A stretch of DNA of 64,000 bases from Candidatus Omnitrophota bacterium (GTDB lineage Bacteria; Omnitrophota; Gorgyraeia; Zapsychrales; Aceulaceae). Below are positions 47,420 through 58,758 of the stretch, in pieces (positions within the stretch are counted from its first letter, which is position 1; each line of letters begins with the position of its first letter). The DNA is taken from NCBI GenBank assembly GCA_028693815.1, contig JAQUUP010000009.1, positions 1,779 to 65,778 on the forward strand, read 5' to 3'. A program made the translations under genes and the position numbers. The notes beneath the pieces were generated by a model. It did no database searches. It saw nothing but the letters and a program-made list of their open reading frames with translations, and had not been told where the DNA came from.

Positions 47420-49621
47420 TTATTTTTTATTTTTTTGCCAAGCCAAAACAAGTGGCGCAGCAATAAAGATGGTGGAATAGGTTCCAGAAACAAATCCGAC
47501 CATTAAACAAAAGGCAAATGTATTTAAAACATCTCCACCCAGAAAGTAAAGAGCGACAACAACTAAGAGTGTTGTTACTGTTGTTAGTATTGTTCGTCCT
47601 AATGTTTGGTTGATGCTTAAATTGATAACATCTTTGAGCGTCGTCTTCCTTGTTGCTAGAAGATTTTCTCTAACACGGTCATAGATAACAATCGTATCGT
47701 TGATTGAATAACCAGCGATTGTCAACAGGGCCGTAATAACTAAAAGGTCAATTTGGCGTCCGGCAAGGATTAAAAGCCCTAGCGTTAAAAGAACGTCATG
47801 CAGAATTGCGATAACACCGGCTGCGGCAAAATCAAAGTGCTTAAAACGAAAACCAACAAAAACAAGAATACCGCCCAATGCAAAAAGTATTGCGAGAAGG
47901 GCGCGTTTGCGAAGCGCTTGGCCAACTACAGGACCAACTTTTTCCAAGCGCATGATTTCAAATCGATTGTCTGGAAAATTTTTGCCAAAGGCCTCGACAG
48001 CTTTGTCATAGACATCTTCTGCCGATCGAAGAATGATTGTTTCAGGATTTTTATCAAATTGCTGGATGACAAAGTTTTGGAGTCCTTCTTCTTGCAAGGT
48101 TTGACGTAGTTCTTGAGCGTCGACAGGTTTTTCAAATTTGTATTCTTGAATCTGGCCTCCTGCAAAATCAATGCCATAGGCGTTATCTTTTTTTTGCCAG
48201 AGCGCCACCATTCCAATGATAATTAAGATTGCAGAAAGAGCATAACAAAGATATCTTTTTGAAACAAAGTCAATTTTTGTGTTTTGAAAGAAATTAAGAC
48301 TGGGCAAGGATTTTAGAATTTTGGCTTGAATTAAAATGTCAAATAATGTTCGTGTGACAACAAGCGCGGTAAATAAACTTGCAATTAAACCAATGGAAAG
48401 AGTAACGGCAAATCCTTTGATGGGTCCAGATCCAAACTGAAAAAGCATAAAAGCTGCAATCAGTGTTGTGATGTTAGAGTCCACAATGGCCTTAAAAGCC
48501 TTACTAAATCCATTGCTAACAGCTGCTTGAAGGGGTCTGCCGTTTGCGATTTCTTCTCGAATTCGCTCATTGATTAGAACGTTGGCATCCACAGCCATGC
48601 CAAGCGTTAAAATGATACCGGCAATGCCGGGAAGCGTTAAGGTTGCTTGCGCATCTGGCATCATGGTGTTTAAAAATCCCATCGCGCCAACGATCAGTAA
48701 AAAATTTAAAATCAAAGCCAAATTGGCAATAAGGCCAGAAATAAAATAGTATAAGAACATAAAAACTAAAACTAAAATTCCGCCGACAATGGTTGCTTTG
48801 ATTCCTGCGTTGATCGAGTCTTTTCCTAGAAGAGGACCGACTGTTCTCTCTTCTTCGATGTGCATTGGCGCTGGAAGCGCACCCGATCGAAGCGATAATG
48901 CCAAAAGGTTTGCTTCTTCAAAAGTAAATAGACCGGAAATTTCGGCACTGCCTGTTAGAATTGGTTCTTTGATATTCGGCGCAGATAAAACTTCACCGTC
49001 TAAAACGATCGCAAGACGTTTGCCGACATTTTCTCGTGTCAATGTCGCAAAAGCTTTTGCTCCTTCTCCATTTAGAGAAAGCGAGATGTGCGGTTGTCCA
49101 AATCCTGTCTGGTTAAAATCAACGCGGGCATCGGACACCGCTTCCCCGCTTAAAGCAGTTTTTTCTTCGAGTAAAATAGGTCTTTTTTGTTCGTCTTTGG
49201 TATATTTTAAAACGTATCCCGTTTCAACTTCTCCAGCTAATGCTTTGCTTAAAAGTGTTGGATCATCACTGACGAGTTTAAATGCAAGTTGGGCGACTTT
49301 TCCAATTATTGCAAGAGCAGAATCGCGATCGGTTACACCGGGAAGCTGAACAAGAATTTGGTTCTCGCCTTGACGCTGGATAACCGTTTCACCGACACCG
49401 AGCCCATCAATACGATTGCGTAAAATTTCCATGGCGCGCACGACAGCATCTTTGCGTGCCTCTTCAGAAATTTTATCGGTTTCGACTTTCAAGATAAGGT
49501 GCATACCTCCTTTAAGATCGAGCCCAAGATTGATGCGTTTTTCAAAAGGCAATGCGAAAAAAAGTGATGCAGCCGTAACGGCCAAAATCAAAAGAATGCG
49601 TGTCTTTAAATTCTTTTTCAT
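47420..49621 (-). CDS. secDF: Fused protein-export membrane protein SecDF.
   Basis: 733 aa, 12-TM, with SecD then SecF similarity. Confidence 0.9.
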   Translation of the reverse strand: MKKNLKTRILLILAVTAASLFFALPFEKRINLGLDLKGGMHLILKVETDKISEEARKDAVVRAMEILRNRIDGLGVGETVIQRQGENQILVQLPGVTDRDSALAIIGKVAQLAFKLVSDDPTLLSKALAGEVETGYVLKYTKDEQKRPILLEEKTALSGEAVSDARVDFNQTGFGQPHISLSLNGEGAKAFATLTRENVGKRLAIVLDGEVLSAPNIKEPILTGSAEISGLFTFEEANLLALSLRSGALPAPMHIEEERTVGPLLGKDSINAGIKATIVGGILVLVFMFLYYFISGLIANLALILNFLLIVGAMGFLNTMMPDAQATLTLPGIAGIILTLGMAVDANVLINERIREEIANGRPLQAAVSNGFSKAFKAIVDSNITTLIAAFMLFQFGSGPIKGFAVTLSIGLIASLFTALVVTRTLFDILIQAKILKSLPSLNFFQNTKIDFVSKRYLCYALSAILIIIGMVALWQKKDNAYGIDFAGGQIQEYKFEKPVDAQELRQTLQEEGLQNFVIQQFDKNPETIILRSAEDVYDKAVEAFGKNFPDNRFEIMRLEKVGPVVGQALRKRALLAILFALGGILVFVGFRFKHFDFAAAGVIAILHDVLLTLGLLILAGRQIDLLVITALLTIAGYSINDTIVIYDRVRENLLATRKTTLKDVINLSINQTLGRTILTTVTTLLVVVALYFLGGDVLNTFAFCLMVGFVSGTYSTIFIAAPLVLAWQKNKK

Positions 49622-49663
49622 AGAAGTCCTTTTTTATTATTTGATCTTTCTAATATAGATACA

Positions 49664-49942
49664 TTAATTTTTTTGAACGCGCAAAATAGCGCCTCGATCA
49701 ATCTCAACTTTAACATTGTCGTCAATTCGAACCACAACACTAGATTCTTTAAGGCTAACAATGGTCCCGTGAAGGCCACCACTCGTGACAATCTCATCAT
49801 TTTTCTTGAGATTATCTAGCATTAGCTTTTGTTCTTTTTGTTTTTCCTTTTGCGGCTTAATGACTAGAAAATAAAAAACAGCAAAAATAAGCGCGTATGG
49901 CACTAAAGCCATGATTGGATTAATGGTTTGTTCATTGCCCAT
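49664..49942 (-). CDS. yajC: Preprotein translocase subunit YajC.
   Basis: 92 aa, one TM helix, then VTSGGLHGTIVS. Confidence 0.8.
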   Translation of the reverse strand: MGNEQTINPIMALVPYALIFAVFYFLVIKPQKEKQKEQKLMLDNLKKNDEIVTSGGLHGTIVSLKESSVVVRIDDNVKVEIDRGAILRVQKN

Positions 49943-49966
49943 TTGACGTCCTTTCGTAATTTCTTT

Positions 49967-50215
49967 TTAAGATTTTTTTGTCTTTTTGACTAAAGATCGG
50001 ACCGTATCGCTCATCTGAGCCCCTTTTTTAATCCATTGCGCTAACTTGTCATGGTCAATAGAAAAAGATACAGGTTTTTCAGATGGATCATAGTGTCCTA
50101 AAATTTCGAGATTGCGAGAATCACGCTTTACATCTTTTTTAATAGCAACAATGCGATAATTGTATCGTTTTTTAGCTGACTTTCCAATTCTTTGTAATCG
50201 AATACGTACTTCCAT
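49967..50215 (-). CDS. rpsP: 30S ribosomal protein S16.
   Basis: MEVRIRLQRIGKSAKKRYNYRIV. Confidence 0.9.
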   Translation of the reverse strand: MEVRIRLQRIGKSAKKRYNYRIVAIKKDVKRDSRNLEILGHYDPSEKPVSFSIDHDKLAQWIKKGAQMSDTVRSLVKKTKKS

Positions 50216-50359
50216 GGGTTGCTCCTCTTTCTTTTTTGATGGCTTTGCCTGTTAAAATCTAGAAATAGGTTAATTAAATATATTAATATACTATCGTGAT
50301 TTTTATTTATTTCAACTCAAATTTGCATTAAAAGCAATTCTTCGCAAATTTAGCTCTTT

Positions 50360-51865
50360 TTATACAAAGTTGTTGTTCGCCATTTCAATGGCCATTATTT
50401 GCGCTTTTGCCTTATTCCGTGTTTCAATGTATTCCTTTTTAGGGTTGGAGTCAGCAACAATGCCAGCGCCCGCTTGAACATAGGCTGTTTTGCCCTTAAT
50501 CACAATTGTGCGAATGGTAATGCATGTGTCTAGATTTCCAGAAAAACTTAAGTATCCAATACAGCCAGCGTATGGCCCGCGTGAAACAGGTTCAAGTTCA
50601 TCAATAATTTCCATGGCGCGAATTTTTGGGGCTCCAGAAACCGTTCCTGCTGGAAAACAAGCTTCGATGACATCAAAAGCATTTTTGTTATTTTTAAGCG
50701 CCCCTTTAACATTGCTAACAATGTGCATGACATGTGAATAATGTTCAATGCTCATAAACTCAGAAAGTTTCACGCTTCCTTTCTTGCAAACTCGACCAAG
50801 ATCATTGCGCCCAAGATCAACAAGCATAATATGCTCGGCGCGCTCCTTTGGATCTCGCAAAAGATCTCGAGCAAGCTGAAAATCATGTTTTTCATCTTTT
50901 CCTCTTGGACGTGTTCCTGCGATAGGACGTGTTTCAACAATGCCATTTTCGCATCGCACTAAGAGCTCAGGTGAAGATCCAACAATATAAATATCGTCAA
51001 ATCGAAGCAAATACATATAGGGTGAGGGATTCACTGTGCGTAGCGTTCGATAAACGTTCAGAGGGCTGGTTGTTGTTTCCGTTTTAAATCTTTGTGAAAG
51101 CACAACCTGAATGATCTCGCCCGCGCGAATTTTCTTCTTTGCCTCATTAACGGCTTTTTTAAATTTGGATTCATTAAATGTCGATTGAACTTTAGATGAC
51201 ATTTTCTTTGATGTTTTTGTTTTCGGTTTTATTACCGGTTTTTGTAGGCGATTAATCGTTTGGTAAATTGTTTTTTGAGCTGCTTTGTAGGCCAAGAGCT
51301 TTTTTTGAGCTGAATCTTTGGGATCAATTTTAACGCAGGATATAATCTTAATTTTATGATTAAAGTGATCAAAAATAATGAGATTTTTTGCTAGAGACAA
51401 AAGAATGTCTGGAAATTTTAGATCGTCTTTGGGTTTATTAGGTAGATGCTCAAAAAAGCGAACGGCATCATATCCAATATAACCTAAAAATCCTCCGCAA
51501 AATCTTGGAAGTCCTTTGACTTCAACAAATTTATAGCGGGACATAATTTTCTGAACTTCTTTGAGTGGCGATAGGTCTACTGTAAAAGTTTGCTTTGTTG
51601 CTTTTGTTCCTTTAAAAGAAATAATCTCAGCTTTATTGCCAGTGGACTTAAATACAAGCTCTGGTTTCTCAGCTAGAAAAGAATAACGCGATACCTTTTC
51701 TCCTCCTTCAACGGACTCGAGCAAGAATGAATAGCGAGAATCTTTCGCAATCTTTAAATAAGCAGATGCCGGAGTTTCTAAATCGCCTAGAATCTCTTGA
51801 TAAACGGGTATTAAATTTCCTTTTTTTGTAAGCTTAACAAACTCTTTTTCTGACGGATAAAACAT
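50360..51865 (-). CDS. Chorismate-utilising enzyme: anthranilate synthase component I or aminodeoxychorismate synthase component I family (TrpE/PabB).
   Basis: LLESVEGGEKVSRYSF and the C-terminal chorismate-binding domain. No trpG or trpD is adjacent, so the TrpE versus PabB choice is unresolved. Confidence 0.8.
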   Translation of the reverse strand: MFYPSEKEFVKLTKKGNLIPVYQEILGDLETPASAYLKIAKDSRYSFLLESVEGGEKVSRYSFLAEKPELVFKSTGNKAEIISFKGTKATKQTFTVDLSPLKEVQKIMSRYKFVEVKGLPRFCGGFLGYIGYDAVRFFEHLPNKPKDDLKFPDILLSLAKNLIIFDHFNHKIKIISCVKIDPKDSAQKKLLAYKAAQKTIYQTINRLQKPVIKPKTKTSKKMSSKVQSTFNESKFKKAVNEAKKKIRAGEIIQVVLSQRFKTETTTSPLNVYRTLRTVNPSPYMYLLRFDDIYIVGSSPELLVRCENGIVETRPIAGTRPRGKDEKHDFQLARDLLRDPKERAEHIMLVDLGRNDLGRVCKKGSVKLSEFMSIEHYSHVMHIVSNVKGALKNNKNAFDVIEACFPAGTVSGAPKIRAMEIIDELEPVSRGPYAGCIGYLSFSGNLDTCITIRTIVIKGKTAYVQAGAGIVADSNPKKEYIETRNKAKAQIMAIEMANNNFV

Positions 51866-51867
51866 GA

Positions 51868-52215
51868 CTAGTTAATCTTTCTGTAAAAACAACTCGTTTT
51901 TCCTGTGTGGCATGCGCCGCCAATTTGGCGAACAGTAACTAAAAGCGTGTCACAGTCACAATCGTAATAAATTCCTTTAACAAATTGAAAATGACCAGAT
52001 GTCATGCCTTTCGTCCAATATTCTTTGCGTGATCTTGACCAGAAACAAGTTTTTTTGTCTTTAATAGTTTTTTTTAATGATTCTATGTTCATGTATGCAA
52101 GCATAAGAACATCTTTTGTTTTGTAGTCTTGAACAATAGTTGGAATAAGGCCATCGTTATTGAATTTTAGTTTTTTTAATGTTTGTGGTGTAATTTTTAT
52201 TTTTTCTGGGATCAT
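51868..52215 (-). CDS. hisI: Phosphoribosyl-AMP cyclohydrolase.
   Basis: Zn-binding C...CDCD motif. Confidence 0.85.
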   Translation of the reverse strand: MIPEKIKITPQTLKKLKFNNDGLIPTIVQDYKTKDVLMLAYMNIESLKKTIKDKKTCFWSRSRKEYWTKGMTSGHFQFVKGIYYDCDCDTLLVTVRQIGGACHTGKTSCFYRKIN

Positions 52216-52967
52216 GATCGTACCTCGATTGATTTTGTGTTTAAATATTTTTTTACTTCTGGAATTGGAATTTCGCCATAGTGAAATATCGATGCTGCCA
52301 AAGCGGCATCAGCTGTTGTTTTAGTAAAAACATCATAAAAATGTTCTAATTTTCCAGCACCACCGGAAGCAATGACAGGAATGTTAACAGCATTGCAAAT
52401 TGCTTTTGTCAATCCTAAGTCATAACCGTTTTTTGTTCCATCGCAATCCATGCTGGTTAGAAGGATTTCTCCGGCACCAAGGTTTTCTGCCTGTTTAGCC
52501 CATTGAATGGCATCTTTTCCTGTCGGCGTTCGCCCTCCGTGAGTATAGATTTCCCAGCTGTCTTTGTTCTTTTTGGCATCAATGGCAACGACAATGCATT
52601 GGCTGCCAAATTTCTCTGATGATATTTTGATAAGATTTGGATTTTCAACAGCTGATGTATTCATTGACACTTTGTCAGCGCCGGCGTTTAGCAAGTCTCG
52701 AATATCATCAATAGAATTAATGCCTCCGCCAACTGTTAGTGGCATAAAAACTTGCTCGGCTGTATTTCGAACGACATCAAGAAAAATAGGGCGCTTTTCA
52801 TGACTTGCCGTAATGTCTAGAAATACAATTTCGTCAGCTTGTGTTTGATCGTATGTTTTGGCGCATTCCACAGGATCGCCGGCGTCGCGCAGTTCAATAA
52901 AATTAATACCTTTGACAACGCGGCCATCTTTAACATCTAGACATGGAATTATACGTTTTGTGAGCAT
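52212..52967 (-). CDS. hisF: Imidazole glycerol phosphate synthase cyclase subunit.
   Basis: [20 protein letters not shown]. Confidence 0.95.
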   Translation of the reverse strand: MLTKRIIPCLDVKDGRVVKGINFIELRDAGDPVECAKTYDQTQADEIVFLDITASHEKRPIFLDVVRNTAEQVFMPLTVGGGINSIDDIRDLLNAGADKVSMNTSAVENPNLIKISSEKFGSQCIVVAIDAKKNKDSWEIYTHGGRTPTGKDAIQWAKQAENLGAGEILLTSMDCDGTKNGYDLGLTKAICNAVNIPVIASGGAGKLEHFYDVFTKTTADAALAASIFHYGEIPIPEVKKYLNTKSIEVRS

Positions 52968-53680
52968 AGTGCAATCGCTTCTTTCAAATCAAATTTATTT
53001 TCATATAGTGCTTTTCCAATGATAACGCCGTAAAGATTTTTTGCTTTGATTGACAAAATATTTTTAATGTCATCAAGACTTGATATTCCACCGGAAGCAA
53101 TCACTGAAAGGTTGACCGTATTTAAGATTTCTTGTATTTGTTTAATATTGGGCCCAACAAGAGCGCCATCGCGTGCAATATCTGTGTAAATAAGAGTTTT
53201 AAGCCCAGCTTGCTCAAGCTTTTGGGCAAGGTCTTTTCCTTGGATAGATGAAACTTCAGCCCATCCTTTGGTTGCGACCATTCCATTAGCGCAATCAAGG
53301 CTAACGGCGATTTGATTATCCCACTTTGAAAGAACGTCTTTGATAAAATCGAAATCTTCAACCGCCTTTGTCCCTAAGATAATACGAGAAATTCCAATGT
53401 CTGCAAAACGTTGAATTGTTTCTTTGTTGCGGATGCCGCCTCCGACTTCAATCGGAACATCGATTGATTCTTTAATTTTCTTGATAATATCAAAATTAGT
53501 TGAAATACCTTTTTCGGCTCCATCTAAATCAACAATATGAATCAATTGGGCTCCACAGCTTTGCCATTTTTGAGCAATTGATACTGGATCGTGATTATAT
53601 TCTGTTTTTTGATCAAATTTACCTTGCGTGAGACGGACAACTTTTTGATCTTTTAAGTCGATAGCGGGTATAATAATCAT
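52949..53680 (-). CDS. hisA: ProFAR isomerase.
   Basis: [17 protein letters not shown]. Confidence 0.9.
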   Translation of the reverse strand: MIIIPAIDLKDQKVVRLTQGKFDQKTEYNHDPVSIAQKWQSCGAQLIHIVDLDGAEKGISTNFDIIKKIKESIDVPIEVGGGIRNKETIQRFADIGISRIILGTKAVEDFDFIKDVLSKWDNQIAVSLDCANGMVATKGWAEVSSIQGKDLAQKLEQAGLKTLIYTDIARDGALVGPNIKQIQEILNTVNLSVIASGGISSLDDIKNILSIKAKNLYGVIIGKALYENKFDLKEAIALCSQNV

Positions 53681-54279
53681 TTTAATTCGTTAAAGTTTTT
53701 TAAGATCTTTAATCCTATTTCTTGACTTTTTTCAGGGTGAAACTGAACTCCAAAAATATTATTCTTTGAGATTGAAGATGTAAAATCTAGACCATAGTTC
53801 GTTGTTGTTGCACTGACTTCATTGTTTTTTGGTTTTACAAAAAACGAATGACAAAAATACGCATTAGAGTTCTCTTCAATCCCTTTAAATAAAGGGCAAT
53901 TTTTTTGTTTAATATTAAGCTGGTTCCATCCCATGTGAGGGATTTTAAGATCAGTAAACCTAACAACAGATCCTGGAATAATGCCGAGAGTTTCAACAGT
54001 ACCGCCTTCATCGCTTTGGTCGAATAAAAGTTGAAGACCTAAGCAGATACCTAAAAATGGTTTTCCATTTTTGATGGCGTTTTTTATTATTTCAATAAGC
54101 TTAAGACTTTTAAGTTTATCCATGGCAGGCGCGATGGCGCCAACACCAGGTAAAACAATCTTTTCAGATGTGCTGATAATGTCAGGATTGTCTGTGACAA
54201 TGGCGGTTGCGCCAACTTTTTCAAGTGCTTTTTGGACGCTTCTTAAATTCCCCATTCCGTAATCAACAATAGAAATCAT
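53677..54279 (-). CDS. hisH: Imidazole glycerol phosphate synthase glutaminase subunit.
   Basis: Class I glutamine amidotransferase GICLGLQ. Confidence 0.9.
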   Translation of the reverse strand: MISIVDYGMGNLRSVQKALEKVGATAIVTDNPDIISTSEKIVLPGVGAIAPAMDKLKSLKLIEIIKNAIKNGKPFLGICLGLQLLFDQSDEGGTVETLGIIPGSVVRFTDLKIPHMGWNQLNIKQKNCPLFKGIEENSNAYFCHSFFVKPKNNEVSATTTNYGLDFTSSISKNNIFGVQFHPEKSQEIGLKILKNFNELK

Positions 54280-54896
54280 TAGTCAATAATTCCTTTTGTT
54301 GAAGGAACGCCCTTGCGTCGAGTTTCAATGCGAACAGCATCACATAGAGCAAGCCCCAACGCCTTAAAAGCTGTCTCGAGAGTTGTGTGCAAGTCTTCGC
54401 TGACATTTTTAACATTGACAATAAGATTGACTCCAAGATTATTCGCAAAAGACTCGAGAAAGTGCTCGAGATAAGTTAGAGCGTATCCGTCTTGCATATT
54501 TGTTCCAGAGGCACCTTCAAAACTAAGCTTGAGGTAACCACGTCCGCCAATATCCAGAATAACTTCAGAAAATGTCGATTCCATTGGTGCTGCAGCAAAG
54601 CCAAAGCGTTTAATGCCATTCATGTCGCCTAAAGCTTTTTTGAAAATTTTTCCGAGTACAATACCAATGTCTTCGTTAGTGTGATGGATATCAATTTCTG
54701 TATCTGCTTTTTGAACTTCAAGGTTTAAATCGAATAATCCATGAAAAGCAAAAAGTTCAAGCATGTGGTCAAGAATGCCTATGCCGGTTTTGATTTTTGC
54801 TGACCCTTTTCCGTCGAGATTAAGTTCGGCTATGATTTCGGTTTCAGTACTTTTGCGTTCAAATGTTGCTTTTCGATCTTTTTTTAAGTTTAGCAT
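54279..54896 (-). CDS. hisB: Imidazoleglycerol-phosphate dehydratase.
   Basis: RKSTETEI. Confidence 0.9.
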   Translation of the reverse strand: MLNLKKDRKATFERKSTETEIIAELNLDGKGSAKIKTGIGILDHMLELFAFHGLFDLNLEVQKADTEIDIHHTNEDIGIVLGKIFKKALGDMNGIKRFGFAAAPMESTFSEVILDIGGRGYLKLSFEGASGTNMQDGYALTYLEHFLESFANNLGVNLIVNVKNVSEDLHTTLETAFKALGLALCDAVRIETRRKGVPSTKGIID

Positions 54897-54908
54897 ATTT
54901 TGCCTTTC

Positions 54909-56135
54909 TTATTGTTTGAAACGTATCTGGACAGATTCATTGTGCTTTGTCAGTCCTTCTAGAAGAGCGATTTTTTCAAGCGCTCCTTTTGCCTTTTCGA
55001 GTGCTTTTCGTGAATATGAGATCATATGACTTGTCTTTGTAAAATCAGATAAAGATAATCCTGAAAAAAAGCGAGCTGTTCCAAGTGTTGGCAAGACATG
55101 GCTTGGTCCTGCGATGTAGTCTCCAATGGATGTTGGGCTGTTAGGACCTAAGAAAATGGCACCGGCGTTATCGATTTTGTTAGCAATGCTGGAGGCATTG
55201 TTTGTCATGATTTGCAAATGTTCAGGGGCTATCCGATTGGCGATAACAATCGCTTCTTGCATATTTTTTGCATAGATTGCATATCCATTTGGAATTCGAT
55301 TTTTAAACATCTTTATAAATTTCTTAGTTGTTGTAATCAAGATTGCAAGCCCGTCTAGATGTTCTGCTTGAGATTCAAGATCTGCCAAAATATAATCTGG
55401 ATTGCTGTGACGATTGGCAATAATGGCAAGTTCGCTTGGACCGGCGAGCATATCAATATCCACATATCCAAAAAGTTGCCTTTTTGCTTCTGTGACATAC
55501 ATATTTCCCGGGCCGATAATTTTATCGACTTTTGGAATTGTTTTTGTTCCAAACGCAAGGGCTGCAATGGCTTGTGCACCACCTGCTTTATAGATTTCAT
55601 TGACTTTCAAAAGATTAGCCACGGCTAAAATATATGGATTAATATTTCCATCTTTGTCTGGTGGTGAGACTAAAACAATGCGTTTAACCCCAGCAATTTT
55701 AGCTGGGATTGTTGTCATATAAACGGAAGATACTAAAGGTGCCGTGCCGGCTGGAATATAAATTCCGACAGATTCTAAAGGGGTAATTTTTTCCTTGAGC
55801 ATCACCCCTTCGTCATTTTTAACGCGGCTTGGTTTTTTAATTTGTTTTTTATAAAACGTCGATACGTTGTTGATAATCATTTTTAGTGTTGAGACAAAAT
55901 CGCTTGTGATGTTTTGAAAAGCGCTACTAATTTCTGCCTCATCGACTTTGATCTTTTTTGGATTAAGTTTGACTTTATCAAAACGCTTTGTGTACTTGAG
56001 AAGTGCGTCATCGCCATTTTGACGAATATCCTCGATAATGTGGCGTACTTTTTCTTCAACATGTTTTTTGCGTGCATGTAAGTTGCGATCATATAATTTT
56101 TGTAGTCCTGGTCCTGTTGGTTTTAAAACTTTCAT
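54909..56135 (-). CDS. hisD: Histidinol dehydrogenase.
   Basis: HisD similarity throughout. Confidence 0.9.
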   Translation of the reverse strand: MKVLKPTGPGLQKLYDRNLHARKKHVEEKVRHIIEDIRQNGDDALLKYTKRFDKVKLNPKKIKVDEAEISSAFQNITSDFVSTLKMIINNVSTFYKKQIKKPSRVKNDEGVMLKEKITPLESVGIYIPAGTAPLVSSVYMTTIPAKIAGVKRIVLVSPPDKDGNINPYILAVANLLKVNEIYKAGGAQAIAALAFGTKTIPKVDKIIGPGNMYVTEAKRQLFGYVDIDMLAGPSELAIIANRHSNPDYILADLESQAEHLDGLAILITTTKKFIKMFKNRIPNGYAIYAKNMQEAIVIANRIAPEHLQIMTNNASSIANKIDNAGAIFLGPNSPTSIGDYIAGPSHVLPTLGTARFFSGLSLSDFTKTSHMISYSRKALEKAKGALEKIALLEGLTKHNESVQIRFKQ

Positions 56136-56139
56136 AGCG

Positions 56140-58758
56140 TTAAATCCCCTTTATGTAATCTTTGATGCATGACAAAATTTTTTCGACTTGAATTGTTTCT
56201 TTGCTTCCGGCTTGTGCGAGCTGAGGACGGCCCCCTCCACTTCCTTTGATCTCAGATACAATTTTTTCAATAAGGTCGTTTGCTTTTATATTTCTTAGAA
56301 TTAGATCATCGCTAACAGAGACAATAACAGCATTGTTTCCTTCTTCTTTCGAGCAAAGAATAATAATCCCGCTTTTTGTTTTTTGTTTGATCAGATCAAT
56401 AACACGTCTCAAGGTAGCCAGATCGACATTGTTAAATGAAGATGAGATTATTTTTGTGTCGTTAATATTTTCAGATTTCTTGATAATGTCGTCAATATTT
56501 AATTTAATTTTTTCGACTTGGGATTCGGCAACTTCTTTTTCAAGTCGTTTAATTTTTTTTGATTGTAAATTTAATCGTTCGACAAATTCAGAAATTGGAG
56601 CTTTCAGTAGCGCGGCGGCGGCTTTAAGAGTTTGTTCATTTTGATGAACAACATCCAATGCTTTTAATCCGGTTGTCGCTTCAATGCGGCGAATGCCTTG
56701 GGCAATCGCACTTTCTGATAGAATCTTAAATAATCCAATCTGTCCTGTGTTGTCAAGATGTGCTCCGCCACAGAGCTCTTTTGAAATATCACCAATATCA
56801 ACAACGCGTACTGTTTTGGAATATTTTTCTGCAAAAAAAGCAAGAGCTCCTTTTTTTTGTGCATCAGATAGCGACATCTCTTTTTTGCTTACGGGTGCGC
56901 ATTGCAAAACGTTTTCGTTAACAGTGCGCTCAATTTCTATAATTTCTTCATCGTTAAGTGCTTTGGGATGCGTGAAATCAAAGCGAAGCCTCTCTTCATC
57001 GACAAGAGAGCCTTGTTGTTGAACGTGATTGCCCAAAACTTTTCTTAAAGCTGCTTGAAGCAAATGTGTGGCCGTATGATTGCGCATAATCGAAAGCCTT
57101 CTTTCTTTGTCAATTTTAGCGGTCAGGGAATCTTTGAGATTTAATGATCCGGATTCTATGATTCCAATATGAATAAAAATATCGGAAATTTTTTGTGTTT
57201 GTGTGATTTTACAAATGTTACTATCTTTTTCAAGCAGTCCTGTGTCACCGATTTGACCACCCGATTCTGCATAAAAAGGTGTTTTGTCCAAAATAATTTT
57301 TACGTTGTCCCCTTGTTTAGCCTTAGAAACTGATTCTGTTCCGATAAAAATTTGAAGGATTTTTGCTTTGCATTCATTTTGTTTGTAACCTAAGAATTCT
57401 GTTTTAGGTGCAGTTATGTTGATATTATTGCTTGCAAAAACATCACCTGTCATTTTGCTAGAGGCACGTGATTTTTCGCGTTGTACGTTCATGAGTTCTT
57501 CAGCCTTTTTGCTTGCTTTTTCAATCTCGAGATCAGAGATTCCAAGGGTTTTTGCTGTTGTGCAGGCCGCAGTTAATGTCAAGCCGTAGGTATCTTTGTA
57601 TTTAAAAATAAGTTCGCCTAATGAATTTGGATTTCTTTGAATCTCATTTTTAAGCTCTGGAATTCGTTGCTTGCGCACTTTTTTGTACGCATCTTCTGTT
57701 TTTTTAATCCAGGCGATGATATTATCTTTTTTCTTTAAAAGATCCTCATAAGGGTCATTCATCGCTTCGATGACAGAACCAACAAGCTTGTGAATAAAAG
57801 AATTTTCATTTTTTTCAAGAATAATATCGGTGATATCGGTAATTAGTTTTTTCATCACATAACCACGATTTTCGTTTGATGGGACAACGCCATCAGCAAT
57901 TCCAAAAACAATGGCACGCATATGATCAGCAATGATATTTCGCTCTTTTTGATTAAGTGAAATATTTATTTTTTGTGCCTCATGATCAATGGCTTTAAAA
58001 ATCGGCTCAAAAAGATCAATATCAAAGTTTGTTGACTTGCCTTGAATAACGGCAGCTAAGCGTTCTAGACCCATGCCAGTATCAATATTTTTATTCGGTA
58101 ATGGCTCAAGCTCTCCGCCTTCTTTGCGATTAAATTGCGTAAAAACAAGATTCCATATTTCAGCGAAACGTCCACAATCACAGCTTGGATCGCAATCAGG
58201 GCGTTTGCAGCCCACTTTAGGGCCGTAATCAAAGAAAATTTCTGAGCAGGGTCCACATGGTCCATTTGGCCCATTTTTCTTAGCGTCAGATGGCCAGAAA
58301 TTGCTTTTGTCTCCCAGCGCAACAACTTTTTTTGGATCAATTTTAATTTTATTAATCCAGATATCCTTGGCCTCGCTATCGTCTTTGTAAATAGAGACCC
58401 AAAGCCGATCCTTTTCAAGCTTAACAACTTCGGTTAAGAATTCCCATGCCCAGGCAATGGCTTCTTTTTTAAAATAATCGCCAAAAGAAAAGTTGCCTAA
58501 CATTTCAAAGAATGTATGATGAAACGCTGTTTTTCCAACTTCGGTTAAATCATCTGTGCGTAAGCATTTTTGAGATGTTGTAGCCCTGGTAAACTCATCA
58601 ATTTGTCCTAAAAATTGTTTTTTAAACTGCTGCATCCCTGCGGTTGTAAAAAGAACAGTCGGGTCTTCCTTAGGCACAAGCGAATCGCTTGTCACGATGG
58701 TATGTTTTTTGGAGGCAAAAAAGCTTAAGAATTTCTGTCTGATTTCTTTTGTTGTCAT
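56140..58758 (-). CDS. alaS: Alanine--tRNA ligase.
   Basis: 872 aa, class II AlaRS. Confidence 0.95.
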   Translation of the reverse strand: MTTKEIRQKFLSFFASKKHTIVTSDSLVPKEDPTVLFTTAGMQQFKKQFLGQIDEFTRATTSQKCLRTDDLTEVGKTAFHHTFFEMLGNFSFGDYFKKEAIAWAWEFLTEVVKLEKDRLWVSIYKDDSEAKDIWINKIKIDPKKVVALGDKSNFWPSDAKKNGPNGPCGPCSEIFFDYGPKVGCKRPDCDPSCDCGRFAEIWNLVFTQFNRKEGGELEPLPNKNIDTGMGLERLAAVIQGKSTNFDIDLFEPIFKAIDHEAQKINISLNQKERNIIADHMRAIVFGIADGVVPSNENRGYVMKKLITDITDIILEKNENSFIHKLVGSVIEAMNDPYEDLLKKKDNIIAWIKKTEDAYKKVRKQRIPELKNEIQRNPNSLGELIFKYKDTYGLTLTAACTTAKTLGISDLEIEKASKKAEELMNVQREKSRASSKMTGDVFASNNINITAPKTEFLGYKQNECKAKILQIFIGTESVSKAKQGDNVKIILDKTPFYAESGGQIGDTGLLEKDSNICKITQTQKISDIFIHIGIIESGSLNLKDSLTAKIDKERRLSIMRNHTATHLLQAALRKVLGNHVQQQGSLVDEERLRFDFTHPKALNDEEIIEIERTVNENVLQCAPVSKKEMSLSDAQKKGALAFFAEKYSKTVRVVDIGDISKELCGGAHLDNTGQIGLFKILSESAIAQGIRRIEATTGLKALDVVHQNEQTLKAAAALLKAPISEFVERLNLQSKKIKRLEKEVAESQVEKIKLNIDDIIKKSENINDTKIISSSFNNVDLATLRRVIDLIKQKTKSGIIILCSKEEGNNAVIVSVSDDLILRNIKANDLIEKIVSEIKGSGGGRPQLAQAGSKETIQVEKILSCIKDYIKGI

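Noticed and set aside
50216-50359. Inverted repeat AAATTTGC-N17-GCAAATTT between the TrpE-like gene and rpsP, considered as a terminator.
   Set aside because: AT-only stem with no following U-run on the transcribed strand. More likely a weak operator or chance palindrome.
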